This document shows, one piece after another, positions 39,910 to 54,049 of a stretch of DNA of 64,000 nt. Positions within the stretch are counted from its first letter, which is position 1. Each line of letters opens with the position of its first letter. The DNA comes from Callorhinchus milii (taxonomy: Eukaryota). Where the stretch lies: assembly GCF_018977255.1 (NCBI RefSeq), contig NW_024704742.1, positions 9,798,001 to 9,862,000 on the forward strand, read 5' to 3'. The notes below the pieces were generated by a model that did no database searches, was not told the DNA's origin, and saw only the letters and a program-made list of their open reading frames with translations. Both the position numbers and the translations under genes were made by a program.

Positions 39910-40766
39910 AAATCGTATTGCACTGTTCTGGAAGGATGAGATAAGATGGGCCAATCGGCATTGATCACCTGAACCAATTTTGTGATCTAATGATTTCATC
40001 CAGTAGGCGAAAAAGCTGCTGATCCCAGCTGATCAAGTGCATTCGAATAATGAGGAGCATTTCCTGTTTAGGCAAGGAAATAAATGCCTTTATTGGGGGG
40101 TGAGCAAGAGATATTTATGTCAATTGTACCTCACCGGGGGCCACATTTCCTCCTTGGTCTGGCGATCCACTCACCTGACCTGTTCGAGTGGTCGTGAAGA
40201 CAGGTTTCGAGTCCGCATTGTCCTTTGACAATGTGAAGCCTAGAAGAGTTGGGGGGGTTGGGGGATGGTCGGGGCTTGTCTACAGAACAATGTGGAACGC
40301 ATTCAGTCCAATTCGGCTAATGGGGGTGAGCAGGTCTATCCTTGATCATATAAAAAAGCTAAATAAAGACTATAGCCTTGCACGATTATCCTCGCCAGAT
40401 CTTGTACTGTGTCAACAACAATGGCAAAATTTTTTCGTGCAACAGTGGTTACCATGGCAAGGATGAGGTGTGATTGTGTGATTGAGTGCGAGTTGCCAGC
40501 CATACTTTACAAAGCGTGTACAAGGTTGCTCCCTGCTAGAGGAGTGCCTGCACCCCACTCCCTCCTGCGCAATAGTTAAGATGCATTGCAGAGGATTTCT
40601 GATGACAGCACAATAACATGGCAGCAACAGAAGTTGTAATTACAGCCTACACTCACACACTGTTATGCAACCAATTTCATTCCTCATCCCAGCCCACTGC
40701 CTCGGCTCTTTCTTGCCGTGGAAAGCTCTTAAAAGAGCCAGCTGCAGAGAACCCACCCCTAATTAC

Positions 40767-40910
40767 CTCAAACTCCAGATAGTGCTCCTTCAGTCTGTAC
40801 TCATCAATCTCCTTGGCTTTGACCTTCTTGTCGGGCGGGTAGGAACGATGCTCAGTCAGTTCAGTGGAAATCTGTTTCAGCTTGGCCTCATGTGATTTCA
40901 ACTGGTCTTC
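40767..40910 (-). CDS. PSD3: PSD3 coding exon (coiled-coil)
   Basis: EDQLKSHEAKLKQISTELTEHRSYPPDKKVKAKEIDEYRLKEHYLEFE; acceptor tactacag|, donor GAG|gtaatt; 144 bp, phase 0 to 0. Confidence 0.95.
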
Positions 40911-41769
40911 CTGTAGTAAATAGTAAGTGGGTTAAAATAAATACTTTGTTTTAAAAATATAGTCAGCCATTTACAATGGCATAAGGTGACAGCATCAGAC
41001 CGTACCTGCCAAGGTAACAATAATAATAATAATACTCTTTGCATTTGATATAGCGCCTAATCACTTTGTTGAGATGTCTCAAAGCATTTCACAGGATATA
41101 ATGTACAGTAAATCAACTGCACATTTTGTGGAACTTTAGCTAAGTTCTTTAAATTCACCCCTATTTTCAACCGATTACTCTTATAGTTAGCTGTGCTTGC
41201 AAGTATATATGTACATGTGTGATTTTATCCAGACATGAACACAGTAACATACACAGATATGTGTGCATTTCTTTACAGACACATACACAGCAATATGTGT
41301 GTGGATCTGCATATGTGCGTTTATACACAAATATATATATACACACTAATATTTATATAAATATATGATATATGTGTGCGCACATTAAATGATGGACTCT
41401 TTATTAATTAAACTCTTTACAGGGAATAAAACGTCCAACTTTCTATGTCCTGTGAAGTGCTTTGGGGCATCCTCCCGATGTGAAAGGCTCTATATCAAAT
41501 GTAAGGATTATAATTATTACTGGCTGGGGCTATGGTTCCGTTTTTTAAGTGGGGTGAAGGAAGGAGGGTAACGGAAATAAAGGAAGGAGGTAAGATAAGA
41601 TAGATAAGACAAATATTGAGGAGCACAAGCTTATACCCACACAGAATAAACTAAAGAAAAATGGCATTACATTCGATAAAGCATCAGCATCCAGTTGAAC
41701 AAAATTTACAAGAACTTCTAGCTAACTTATGGAGAAAATCTCCACTCTTATCAATTAGCTGGTCAATTA

Positions 41770-42000
41770 GAATCATAGAATCATATAGCACAGAAGAGGC
41801 CAATCAGCTGTTTGATAGAGTTATCCAATTAGTCCCACAATTTTTTCCTTTTCAAGTAAATATCCAATTCCTTTTTGAAAATTATTATTGAATCTGCTTC
41901 CACCACCCTTTAAGGCAGTGCATTCCAGACCGTAACAACTTGCTGCGTAATTTTTTTTTCTCCTTATCTCCCCTCTGGTTCTTTTGCCAATTATCTTAAT
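41770..42000 (-). mobile_element. CR1 3' fragment
   Basis: KIIGKRTRGEIR.. and gattctaa/gattctatg tail on minus strand. Confidence 0.75.
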
Positions 42001-43339
42001 TGTCTGCCTTACGAACTTACAAAAGCCCCAAGAAACGTGCCTGACCTCTGAACCCAATAGCTTTGACTCCCAATAGTCAGCCAGTAGCAAACATGAGCGA
42101 GTTTCATCAAAATGTACGTGAATGATTCCCCAAAAGAGAGCAGTGGATTGCTCCGCAACTTGGAGGGGATTTTATTCTGCTTTCAAACATGATTTCCATT
42201 TGCTCCTTGTGAATCCTACGTCAATTATACACCAACAGAACGGAGCTCATCAGCTTACGTCATTGTAGGCACTGAACATGGATAATGTTCCACGCTCCTG
42301 TGAGACAGGCCTTACAGACCAAAGCTGCATGCTCTAGTAACTTTGAAATACCCCATTTACCTTTGTTATTGGGTCTGCAATAACAACAATAATAATCTTT
42401 GATTTGATATAGCGCTTTATCACATCTTCGAGACATCTCAAAGCGCTTCACAGAATACACTGTAAAGTGAATTGACTATATATTTGTGGGCGAAACGCAG
42501 CAGTCAATTGCACACAGCAATGTCCCACAAACATTCATGGATTGAGTGACCAATTTATTATTTTTTTTACACACACACAAAGCAGCGACCCTCAGCAACA
42601 GGATTTTTTTTCAAATTAAAAAATCTATGAGGATAACTGTCGCACCTTATTTTTCTTGTAACGCCCATTGACCTTTACATATTTCGAAAGTAAAACGCGT
42701 ACGACATTATAGGAAACATTCGCTCCTTGTCAAATCTCAATCCGATTATGTGTACAACTGATCTGAATTAACATTACTAGAGCTGGTCATTCACAATAAC
42801 CAGCCTAAACCTGCTGTATAAATGCAAGAACAGTGCATAGGAGCCATTATGAGTCAGAAGGTTGTGGGTTTCAATCCCAAATTGGGATTTGAAACCTGTT
42901 TTAATCTAAGATTGCACTCCAATGCAGTGCTGGGGATGTGCTGCATTGTCAGAGGAGCTGTCCTTTGCATGAGACGCAAATTGGTTGTCACAATCGTCCA
43001 CAAAATACACAGCGTAACACCACGTTACCTTGTGCAATATATCTTGTGCAGTGCTTTGAGTCACATTGTTGACTTGATGAGCTAATATATCTTTAATATA
43101 TGCTTTAGTTTCCCCCACAAAATTACAGTCAATTCACTTTACAATATATTCTGTGAAGCGCTTTGAGACGTCTCAACGACGTGATAAGTTGACGATGTGA
43201 TAAGGTGCTATATCAAAGGCTTATTATTTATTATATATCAAATGCGAGAATTATTATTATTAACCTGTCAGTGATTTGTGTCTATTTCTAATGTGCATTT
43301 TACTATTGGGTAATTGCATAACATCCTAGACATTTCAGC

Positions 43340-43900
43340 ACAGGGGGTCATTTGTCCCTTTGTGTCTGCTGTGCCCCATTAAAGCCATTATCTCCAGGCC
43401 CATTTTCTTTCTCTTTTCCCTCATTTCTTTCACATCTATTCGTGTCAAGTTATATTTAATTTCCTTTAAACCAAATCAGTGCCTTGGTTTCCATAGAGAT
43501 GTGTGGCATGACATTCCACATCCTAATAACTCAGCCCTTTGTATAAAACGTATTGTAGCCTCATTTTAGCAAAGATCCTGAGTATATTCCCCCTTGTTGC
43601 GAATTCACCAAACAATAAAAATAATTTTTCACCTCATATCCTTCCAAATCCTACTATCATTTGAGCATTTCTAGCTGATCCCCTCTTAATCTTTCCTGCT
43701 CACTTGAAGATAACCTCAGATTTTAAAACCTGCAACTCGCTTTATCCTCTCATATAATCAGGGAATCTACACTGCACTCTCTATGGATCTGACTTCTTAT
43801 CTATAACATGGGGAAGAGGAAAAAACTACACTCAATATCCCAACTGCAGCCTCACCTATCTATGTATAGATTCAACATAATCTCTTTACTTTACTACGCT
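43340..43900 (-). mobile_element. Old degenerate CR1-like fragment
   Basis: Reverse complement resembles CR1 ORF2 end (aggctgcagttgggatattg..gattaagaggggatc..atgtggaatg). Confidence 0.45.
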
Positions 43901-44488
43901 TTACCTCTATATGAAGTACAATATCCGATTTACCCTTTTTTTAAAAAAAAATTCCTACACCTGCAAACCCGCTTTTAAAAATTTGTGCAGGGATAATAAT
44001 CCCTTCGAAAATCATAATAATAACTTGGTCGTTCAATCCACGATTGTTTGTGGGACACTACTGTGCACAATTGGCTGCTGCATTTCGTCCCAAAAATATA
44101 CAGTCAATTCACTTTACAGTATATTCTGTGAAGCGCTTTGAGGCGTGTTGAATATGTGATAAGGCGCTTTATCAAATACAAGGATTATTATTATTATTAT
44201 TTTCAAAAGGTTTGAAAAGGTTAAAAATAAATCACAAGATTGGTTTGGTCCTTCTGATCACCCACAACTCCTCCCCACCACCATAACATCAAGCTGCTTT
44301 TTAAATGAGTCCAGTATCCTGACCTCAATCATCCTTCCTGGCAATCTGTTCCAATCGTTGAATATCTTCCGAGTAAAGAAATAACTTATTTCGATGGACA
44401 TGATCGCTTCAGTTGATTTGTTTTTTGCATCGAAAAGAGGAATTGAGCCAGGCTACAAGTGTAATGTCAGCAGCCATCACATCTTTAC

Positions 44489-44738
<250 letters not shown>

Positions 44739-45841
44739 TCAAGTGGAAAGAATTAGGGTAAAAACAAACAACAACGATACAATAATTCTGTGCTGAGCTG
44801 CTGTGTGAACACAGGATGCTGGACAATTCCCGGACAACCTGCCTGTCTACTGCCAATTAAGAAGGTATTTATAAGAAGTCAAATAAGAAGTTATAAACTG
44901 TTGCTCCAACAGTGGCCCTCATGTTTTTGTCTTCTCCAAGCTTCTCCCTTTCGCTCACAAAATACAAATAGTCAATTCACTTTACAGTATATTCCGTGAA
45001 GCGCTTTGAGACGTTATAAGGCGCTATATCAATTGCAAAGATTACTATTATTAAATAATTTTGCTTTATCATTTCCTTGTAAATATATAAGGGGGCAATA
45101 GGCAGCTACAGACACAATTATCATGATTGAGTGGGCGGATAAACCTACCAAATATATTATATATAAATTTGTAACATATTTATAGGTGATACGTGTCATA
45201 TATGGTGTGTTGATTATTATATCCTGTGAAGCACTTTGAAGCAGATTTCCTCCTGACATGAAAGGTGCTATATAAAATGTAAGGATTATTATTAGTAGTA
45301 GTATAATAGTACTATTAATGGATTCCAGTGATTGGGAAGAGGAAAAAATGAAAGTTCTGAAACTGGACTATTATCCATGTTGGAGATTGGGTAAGAAGCT
45401 TACCTGTGATCCACTCCCCCACACTCCCCCCATCCCCGTTCCACACTGCACCCCAAAGCCTGTGTTCTCTTGCTCGGGAATGCTTACTGGAACAATGCTA
45501 ACTCCCATGAAACTGCACCCCAGCAAGAGAGGTTACCTTCCAGGGATATTAATCCCTCCAAACAAATATTATTAATTTGGTCACTCAATGTTTGTTGGAC
45601 ATTTCTGTGCACAATTGGCTGCCACATTTTGCCCACAAAGTACAGTCACTCCACTTTACACTATGTTCTGTGAGGCGCTTTGAGACATCTCAAAGAGGTG
45701 ATAAGGCGCTATATCAAATGCAGGGATTATTATTTATATTATTACCTTCAGAAGAGGGTGGAATTGCAGGCAGTTCAGCAAGCAGATAATGCAGAAACAT
45801 TTCATTGGTTTCTAACAAGTATGAGGCTTTCTTTGCCTCTA

Positions 45842-46228
<387 letters not shown>

Positions 46229-47254
46229 TTAAAACATAGCAAAATGAGGGAACAGTAATCATTGCAAGAGCAAGAGATTACTACAGGCTTTTCTCCCCAT
46301 GTATCCCTCAAATAAAATTGGCCAATCACTTCACTTGTTTGTGGGACATTAATGTGTGCACACTGGCTGCCGTGCACAGCTACAAAATACACAGCTGTTA
46401 CTTTACAGTAATTCCCGTGAAGCACTTGGAGACGTCCTATCGATATGAAAGTCAATTGCAAGGATTATTATTATCATAATCATCAGCATTATCCTCCCAT
46501 TACAGTATTAAGTCAGTTCCTAAATGAATCCAGTGACCACATGAAAGGTGCTGTATCAAATGCAAGGATTATTATTGTACAAGATAATAATAATAATGCT
46601 TGCATTTGATATTGAGCCTTATTACATCTTCGAGACGTCTCAAAGCGTTTCACAGAATATACTGTAAAGTGAATTGACTGTATATTCTGTGGGTGAAACG
46701 CGGCAGCCAATTGCACACAGCAACGTCCCACAAACAGTCGTGGGTTGAAGGAATTATTTTTGGGAGACGTTCCAATGTGACATGAAGCAGTCCTGGTCCA
46801 GTGAATCATGAAGTAGCTACAATAATTATTATTATTTATTGATCTCATCCTTCCAGAATACCAACAACTGGAGTCTTTCCGTTCAAGCAGGTCCTAAAAT
46901 AAGTCCAGTGCCGTGGTTTCCACTACCCATCCTGGATGTTGATTTTCCTCTATATAAAAAAACATTGCCTGGTGTCTTTACAATCCAAAACCTGTGGTCT
47001 CTTGTTTTGCTCCTCGGAGTATTGGTCTGGTCTTAAAAAGTAAGAAAGTTCTTCCATTTTTAGAAGGCCTTTCCACATTGAAATATATCAAAGCTCCTCA
47101 CAGACATTCCCCAACCCTATCAATGAGCTGATTTCATTTCAGTCAGGATCATGGTGGTCCTTGGGCACTGAAGACTATAATAAATATGCCAAGGCCCCCG
47201 CTGTGTTTTCCCGCTATAAATTCTGAGTTTGAGGTGGATATGGTACCATTGAAG

Positions 47255-47930
47255 TGGAGTCCTGTAACTCAGTGGTTAGAGCACTCTCCTCGCAAACGAA
47301 AGACCTGGGTTTAATTCCTGGGTGGGGTGAAATGCTGGGCAGGTTTCCTTACTCCACACGCTTCTGCTTACCTACCATTACATAGGAACCTGGTTATCAG
47401 GCGATTGGCGGAATCGCTTTTCTGGGGGTAATAATCTCTTCCAAAAAAAATAACAAGTTAATTAATCCTTGCATTTGATATAGCGCTTTTCACGTCGGGA
47501 GGACATCCCAAAGCGCTTCACAGAACACACTGTAAAGTGAATTGACTGTATATTTGTGGGCGAACGCGGCAGCCAATTGTGCACAGCAATGTCCCACAAA
47601 CAGTCGTAGATTGAAAATGACCAATTTATTATTGTTTTTTTTTTTTTTTTATTATTAGGCTCTGTGTGGAGTAAGGAAACTTGCCCAAGGTTTCGCTCTG
47701 CCTGAATTGAACTCAGGTCTCTCACTTGCAAAGCGAGTGCTCTAACCACTGAGCTACAGGACTCCACAAGTTGGTCACTCAATCCACGACTGCTGTGTGC
47801 AATTGTCCACTGTGTTTTGCCCACAAAATATACAGTCAATTCACTTTACAGTATATTCTGTGGAGACCTTTGAGATGTCTCAAAGACGTGATAAAGCTAT
47901 ATCAAATGCAAGGATTATTATTATTATTCT
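47255..47930 (+). mobile_element. Long-form SINE interrupted by an antisense young SINE (47462-47765)
   Basis: Outer halves join; acaagtt duplicated at 47453-47459 and 47766-47772. Confidence 0.88.
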
Positions 47931-48060
47931 TATCTCCTCTTCTGAAGAAATGGCTCATGCTGAAGCTGGTTGAGAGCCACTTCATTTCATTCAGAATAGG
48001 AGGAGAGACGATAGGAGAGAAAAGAATAAATAAATGTTCTGCCAATCTGCAATCAGATGG

Positions 48061-48386
48061 TGGAGTCCTGTAGCTCAGTGGTTAGAGACACTCGTTTTGC
48101 AAGCGAGAAACCTGAGTTCAATTCCAGGCAGAGGGCGAAACCTTGGGCAAGTTTCCTTACTCCACACAGAGCCTAATAATAATCCCTCCAAAAAAACCAA
48201 AACAATAATAAATTGGTCATTTTCAATCTACGACTGTTTGTGGGACATTGCTGTGCGCAATTGGCTGCCGCGTTCGCCCACAAATATACAGTCAATTCAC
48301 TTTACAGTGTGTTCTGTGAAGCGCTTTGGGACGTCCTCCCGATGTGAAAAGCGCTATATCAAATGCAAGGATTATTATTATTATTA
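48061..48386 (+). mobile_element. tRNA-derived SINE (young short form)
   Basis: Full length, near-identical to the 47462 copy in opposite orientation. Confidence 0.9.
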
Positions 48387-50189
48387 ATCACCAAGTGGAT
48401 GGACTTGAATTTGAGTCTTTCCATGTCAGTCACTTTCAACTCACGAAAACTGGTTTCAAGGGCTTCACAAAAAGATTCCTCCCTTTCCCTCTCTTGCTGA
48501 TGTCCATTTTCCCGTCTATTAATATTGGTTTCAAGGATTCCAGGCACCCTCTTGCACTGACCTCCATTGTCAGGGTGCGAGCTTTGCTTTTTGCGGGGTC
48601 AGCTAGGTGTCTGACACATGCTGAAACCCATCACCAAGCTTAAGAGTATCTAAACCAGATGTAATGCCATATATGCCACCTACACATGGGAATTTTCATG
48701 CGGCTGGGGTTGGAATATGCACTCTCTCCCTAAAAGGACACACCCTGAGTATCTAATTCCAGGAGTATTAGGCACAGATTGGCAAGAGTCAAAGCTTTGG
48801 GACCCCAAGGTGCATGTTGAGGTACTGCTGGAATTTAATCAGCTCACGCCGCATGGCTTGCCATTGTCTGGCAAGCTTTCCCACTCTTTGTGCAGCTGCG
48901 ACCACCCTACCAGTTAGGGTTTTGGCTTGCAAGGTTGACAATGAAGGTCAGACAGCCTATTTGATTATAGATTGTGGGCATCAAAGCCGAGCCTGATCAT
49001 CCAATAATAATTTGATATAGCACCTTATCACGTCTTCGAGATTTCTCAAAGCGCTTCACAGAATATACTGTGAAGTGAATTGACTGTATATTTTGTGGGC
49101 AAAACACGGCAGCCAATTGCGCACAGCAGTGTCCCACAAACTGCATTGAGTGACCTTATTATTAGGATTATGCACACGATGCCAGCATCTGTGGTTCGAT
49201 AAGGACCAGGAACCCAATCGAATTTTCCCCTCTCCGACCAACATTGGCACCCAATTGCTGCGTGGGCAGACATCTGCTAATTCAGCAAGGCACCAGGGAT
49301 TGATTCTGGCACCTACGTTGCCCAGATAAATCAACCACTGACTGAATAAACTTACTGATGCATCAGGGGAGCTCTTAGTATTAAGGGAATAAGTAAGGGG
49401 TTTAATGAAAGAATCAACGCCAGCCTTGCTCTGAATGCTCAGTCACAAACATCTTGTTTCCCTCAGCCTCTGCTTAGAGCTTCTGCGACCATGGTGGTGT
49501 CACCATCATTTAATTGTGACACCACATCCCATTTAGTGAGCTCTCCAGGCAAATTCTGAGAAGAAACTTCAATCCTTTAATGTCCAAAAATGTCAACAAC
49601 AAAAAAAAATCCTACCCACGGGGCCAGTCTATGAAACCTTTAACAGCTGCTGTCACCAAAACGATGCAGGATTTTATTTAAACTAGACAAGAAATCAATT
49701 GTATGCCTGTAAACTTCCTACTAATAAATTATGCCCAGCAGTACTCCCACATTAGCCAGCCAGGAACATTAGGTTCAGTCTTTTATCCGCACATCGTCCA
49801 GCATTCTTTGACTATGTGGCCATTAGAAAATTAAATATAAAAGTTCAGCTTCAAAACCATTTGATGTCTGTTATCTGTTTACATTAGAGAAACATCTTTT
49901 GCAGTTTACAACATTTAAAAGGGTAAATTCGATGAATAATCCTTTCATTTGATACAGCTCCTTTCATGTCGGGAGGAACTCGCAAAGCTCTCCTCCCCAG
50001 GATGTACTGTAAAGTGATGTGGATGTGTATTGTGCAAGCAGACTCACCAGTCAATTTGTGCACAGCCAATGTCCCACATACAAGCATGAAGTGAATGGCC
50101 AATTTTATCTAGCCAACACATGGGAAAAAACTCACTTCCCTTTTCGAATTGTGTCATTGGATTTGTAACATCTTTGCTATGGATCATAG

Positions 50190-50455
50190 CAACAACAACA
50201 AATTATATTTGTACAGCAGCCTTCACGTCAGAAGGACGTCCCAGGACGCTGGGCAATCAGGGGCTTGGGACCTGAGCTGGAGGTTGAGGTCAGGAGGGGT
50301 GGAGAGCAGGGTGGGTGGGAGGGTGGGCGAAGGCACGGTCGAAGAGGAAGGTCTTTAGACTGGACTTGAAGGAGGCAAAAGAGGGTAGGGATTGGATTGC
50401 GGGATGGAGTTCCAGAATGTTGGGGCAGAAATGCTAAATGCCCGACCACCAATGG
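50190..50455 (-). mobile_element. L2 LINE 3' fragment
   Basis: L2 tail with (gtt)n. Confidence 0.75.
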
Positions 50456-50689
50456 TAGTATGACAGCAGAAAGACAGTTTGTAGGATACTGGTTTATGTC
50501 AAAAACAACAACATAGCTAATCAGAAGTCCTCCAAACCTAGAATTCAAAGCTAGTGCTCTGGTCACTATAGGTAGCTTTGGGCTCAATTCCTTGTGATGC
50601 AGGGGTGGGGGGAGTGGGGGAAGAAAACCAGGCAACTATCGAGTTGTCAAGTGACCTTTGACAACTGCAATTATCAACAATATGATTAT

Positions 50690-52830
50690 AATTATAAGAC
50701 ATAAATAACAAAATAAAAATAGGAATCTAAGGGTCACTAAAAGGATGGACAAGCTAAGCTCACAGTCAGTGACAGCGAAATGGTAGAAATATTGAATAAT
50801 GACTTTGCCTCAGTATTTACCAGGGAGATGGATTAGATGGACATGACGGTAGAAGAAGAGATCGAAAATGATATGAATACAATTAAGATAAAAAGGTGGG
50901 GGAGATAATTGATAAACTAACCAAATTCAGAGAGGATAAAACCCATGGTCTGGATGGATTGCATCCATGTATATTAAAAGAATCTAGGGAAGAGATAGTA
51001 GAGGCACTATTACACATAGATAATAACTCATTAGAGAAGGGAGTAGTGCCAGAGGACTGGAGGTTAGCTAATGTTATACCTATATTTAAAAAGGAGATAG
51101 AACAAGCCCAGGGAACTATAGACCTATCAGCTTAACATCGGTGTTAGGAAAGATAATGGAATCCTTACTGTAGGACGTAATAGAAAAACATCTAGAAACG
51201 GAAAACATAATAATAATAATAATCCTTGCATTTGATATAACGCTTTTCACGTTGGGAGGACGTCCCAAAGCGCTTCACAGAACACACTGTAAAATGAATT
51301 GACTGTATATTTGTGGGCGAACGTGGCAGCCAATTGCGCACAGCAATGTCCCACAAACAGTCGTAGATTGAAAATGACCAATTTATTATTGTTTTTGTTT
51401 TGGAGGGATTATTATTAGGCATGTGGAGTAAGGAAACTTGTCCAAGGTTTCGCCCTGACCTGCCTGGAATTGAACTCAGGTCTCTCACTTGCAAAGCAAG
51501 TGCTCTAACCACTGAGCTACAGGACTCCACATAATAAAGAATAGTCAGCACGATTTCAAAAAGGAAGGTCATGCTTGACTAAACTCATTGAATTCTTTGA
51601 AGAGGTAACAGAAAGAGTAGACAAGAGTAATGCAGTAGATGTAATATATTTGGATTTCCAAAAGGCGTAAGATAAGGTACCACATAATAGACTAATGAAT
51701 AAGGTCAGAGCATGTGGAGTCAGGGGAAAAGTAGCAGAATGGGTAGCAAGCTGGCTACAAGACAGAAAACAGGGAGTAGGAGTAAAGGGTAGCTACTCAG
51801 ACTGGCAGGTGTGGGCAGTGGTTTTCCACAAGGATCGGTATAGGAACCACTGTTGTTCACAATTTACATTAATGATTTGAAATTGGGAATCAGCAGTACA
51901 ATTTCAAAATTTGCCTACGACACCAAATTGGGGGAGTAGTTAATACTGAAGAGGACTGCAAAAAATTACAAGACATTAGTACACTTGCTGAATGGGCATT
52001 TAATTGGCAAATGAATTTCAATATAGATAAATGTGAGTTGGTACATTTTGGTCAGAGGAATAAGGAGGTCACATACTGCCTGGAAAATAAGAATCTAAAT
52101 GGGGTAGAGGAGCAAAGGGATCTAGAGGTACAGATACACAAATCGCTAAATGTAGCAATGCAGGCTAATAAGGCCATAAAAAAGCAAACAAAGCATTGGG
52201 GTTCATTTCTAGAGGGATAGAAGTGAAAAGCAGGGAAGTTATGCTGAACTTACGTCGAAGCTTGGTTAGACCACATTTGGGAGTACTGTGTACAGTTCTG
52301 GTTCCCATAGTATAAAAAGGATATAGAGCCACTGGCGAAGGTGAAAAGGAGATTTACAAGGATGATACAGGAACTGCAAGGTTATACCTATCAGGTAAAG
52401 CTGAACATGCTTGGACTCCTGTCTCTTGAAAAGAGAAGGGTGAGGGGTGACCTAATAGAGGTCTTTAAAATTATGAAAGGTTTTGACAGGGTAGACATAG
52501 GGAAGATGTTTCCACTTGTGGGGGAAACCAAAACCAGAGGGCATCAATATAAAATAGTCACCAATAAATCAAATAGGGAAGTCAGAAGAAACTTCTTTAC
52601 CCAGAGAGTGGTTGGAATGTGGAACCTGCTACGACAAGGAGTAGCTGAGGCGAATAGCATAGATGCCTTTAAGGGGAAGCTAGATAGGTACATGAGGGAG
52701 AAAGGAATAGAAGGTTAATTTCATAGGCTTAGTTGAGGAAGGGCAGGAGGAGGCTCATGTGGAGCATAAACACCGGCATAGACTGGTTCGACCAAATGGC
52801 CTGTTTCTGTGCTGTATGTTATGTAATTAA
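50690..52830 (+). mobile_element. CR1 LINE ORF2, 5'-truncated and frameshifted, with a young SINE inserted at ~51207-51530 (-)
   Basis: GLDGLHPCILKE..VPEDWRLANVIPIFKK, YLDFQKA, KFAYDTK, RRFTRMI..TRGH; SINE flanked by (ac)ataataa. Confidence 0.92.
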
Positions 52831-53448
52831 CATTTTGTAGGTCACCATTTTCATCACACGGCTCACAGGCATTTTATTCTCATTTCCTAACCCTGCCTTG
52901 TGGAAATATAGGATCGGGAGAAGAAAACCTGTCTGTTCTTTTATTAGACCATGTCAGATCTTTTAATCCAATTTCCTACCCTTTCTCCACATCTTGAAAT
53001 ACCTTACTCTCCCAAGTTATCTCCCTTTCAATCATCCCATTCGATTCCGCATCCAAGGCCAGAAGAGAAAGTTGATTCCCTCTGCACCCTCAAGAAATCT
53101 ACTCCCATTCATCTGGCTAAGATCTAATGCAATAAAGTCATTCCGATAAGTCACTTTGAAAGCCATCACAATAAATAATCCTGCCCTGAAACAATTATAT
53201 AAAGTGCACTATTAACTTTCTTCCAGATCTTCCAGAATTGATTTCATACCAAATGATGTGGCAAATAAATGGCAATGGCTTTGTCCAGAGGGAGGAACTG
53301 ATTTCAAGCAGTTTTAGAATTTGTTTTAAGAGGTAGATAAATCAGACATGTGTCCATCCGCTTGCTCAGTTGGTAGAACTCTTGCCTTGAAGCTGTGACG
53401 GTTTGGGGTTCAAGCCGCACTTAAGGACTTTCAGCTCATAGTTTAGTT

Positions 53449-53515
53449 GGGTGGTCCAACTGATGGCCTATGGGCCACATCTGGCCCGAGAGATGATTTC
53501 ATCTGGCCCACTGAA
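53449..53515 (+). mobile_element. Possible hAT/Charlie-like terminal fragment
   Basis: gtccaactgatggcctatgggccacatctggccc resembles Charlie/MER30-type 5' ends with repeated ggccc; no matching 3' end found. Confidence 0.35.
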
Positions 53516-53624
53516 CATTCTGCATACCTGCCAACTCGAGGGGTTTCCCACAGACTTTTAGGTTTTTAGGCCAATCTACGAGGAAAGCTCCATTATCTAC
53601 ACTACGGGGAGCAGAGATCACGCA

Positions 53625-53950
53625 ACCTGCCCGCTCCCTCCGGGCTCCGGCCTGCTTCATGTCCCCCACCTCACCCACTCCACAATTGGCGGGCGAGCCT
53701 TCAGCCACTCTGCCCCAACCTCTGGAACTCCATCCCGCAGTCCCTCCGCCTCGGCCCCTCACTTGCCTCCTTAAGACCCATCTCAAGACCCTCCTCTTCG
53801 ACCGTGCCTTCTATCACCGTGCTTTCCCCCTGCCCTCCACGCTCCCTAAAACCACCCCACAGCTCAGGTCCGAAACACTGATTGCCCAGCGCCTTGGTAT
53901 GTCCTCCCAACATGAAAGGTGTTATATAAATGTAATTTTGTTGTTGTTGT
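53625..53950 (+). mobile_element. L2 LINE 3' fragment
   Basis: LKTHLKTLLFDRAF; (gtt)n tail. Confidence 0.8.
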
Positions 53951-54049
53951 CACAGCTATAATAAGCACAATTATAGACATAACTATCTTAAGAGCTATTT
54001 TTTACATGCTGATTACTTACCATTGCTCAGCCACTTATAATAATAAGAC

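Noticed and set aside
48034..48387. Recurrent ORFs such as ..[30 protein letters not shown]
   Set aside because: Incidental translations of SINE copies
48717..48917. Similar peptides WQESKLWDPKV..VLLEF (48717) and WQEPRLGDPKV..VLLEF (63282) as a gene family
   Set aside because: Explained by nucleotide homology of a dispersed repeat; indels elsewhere break the shared frame
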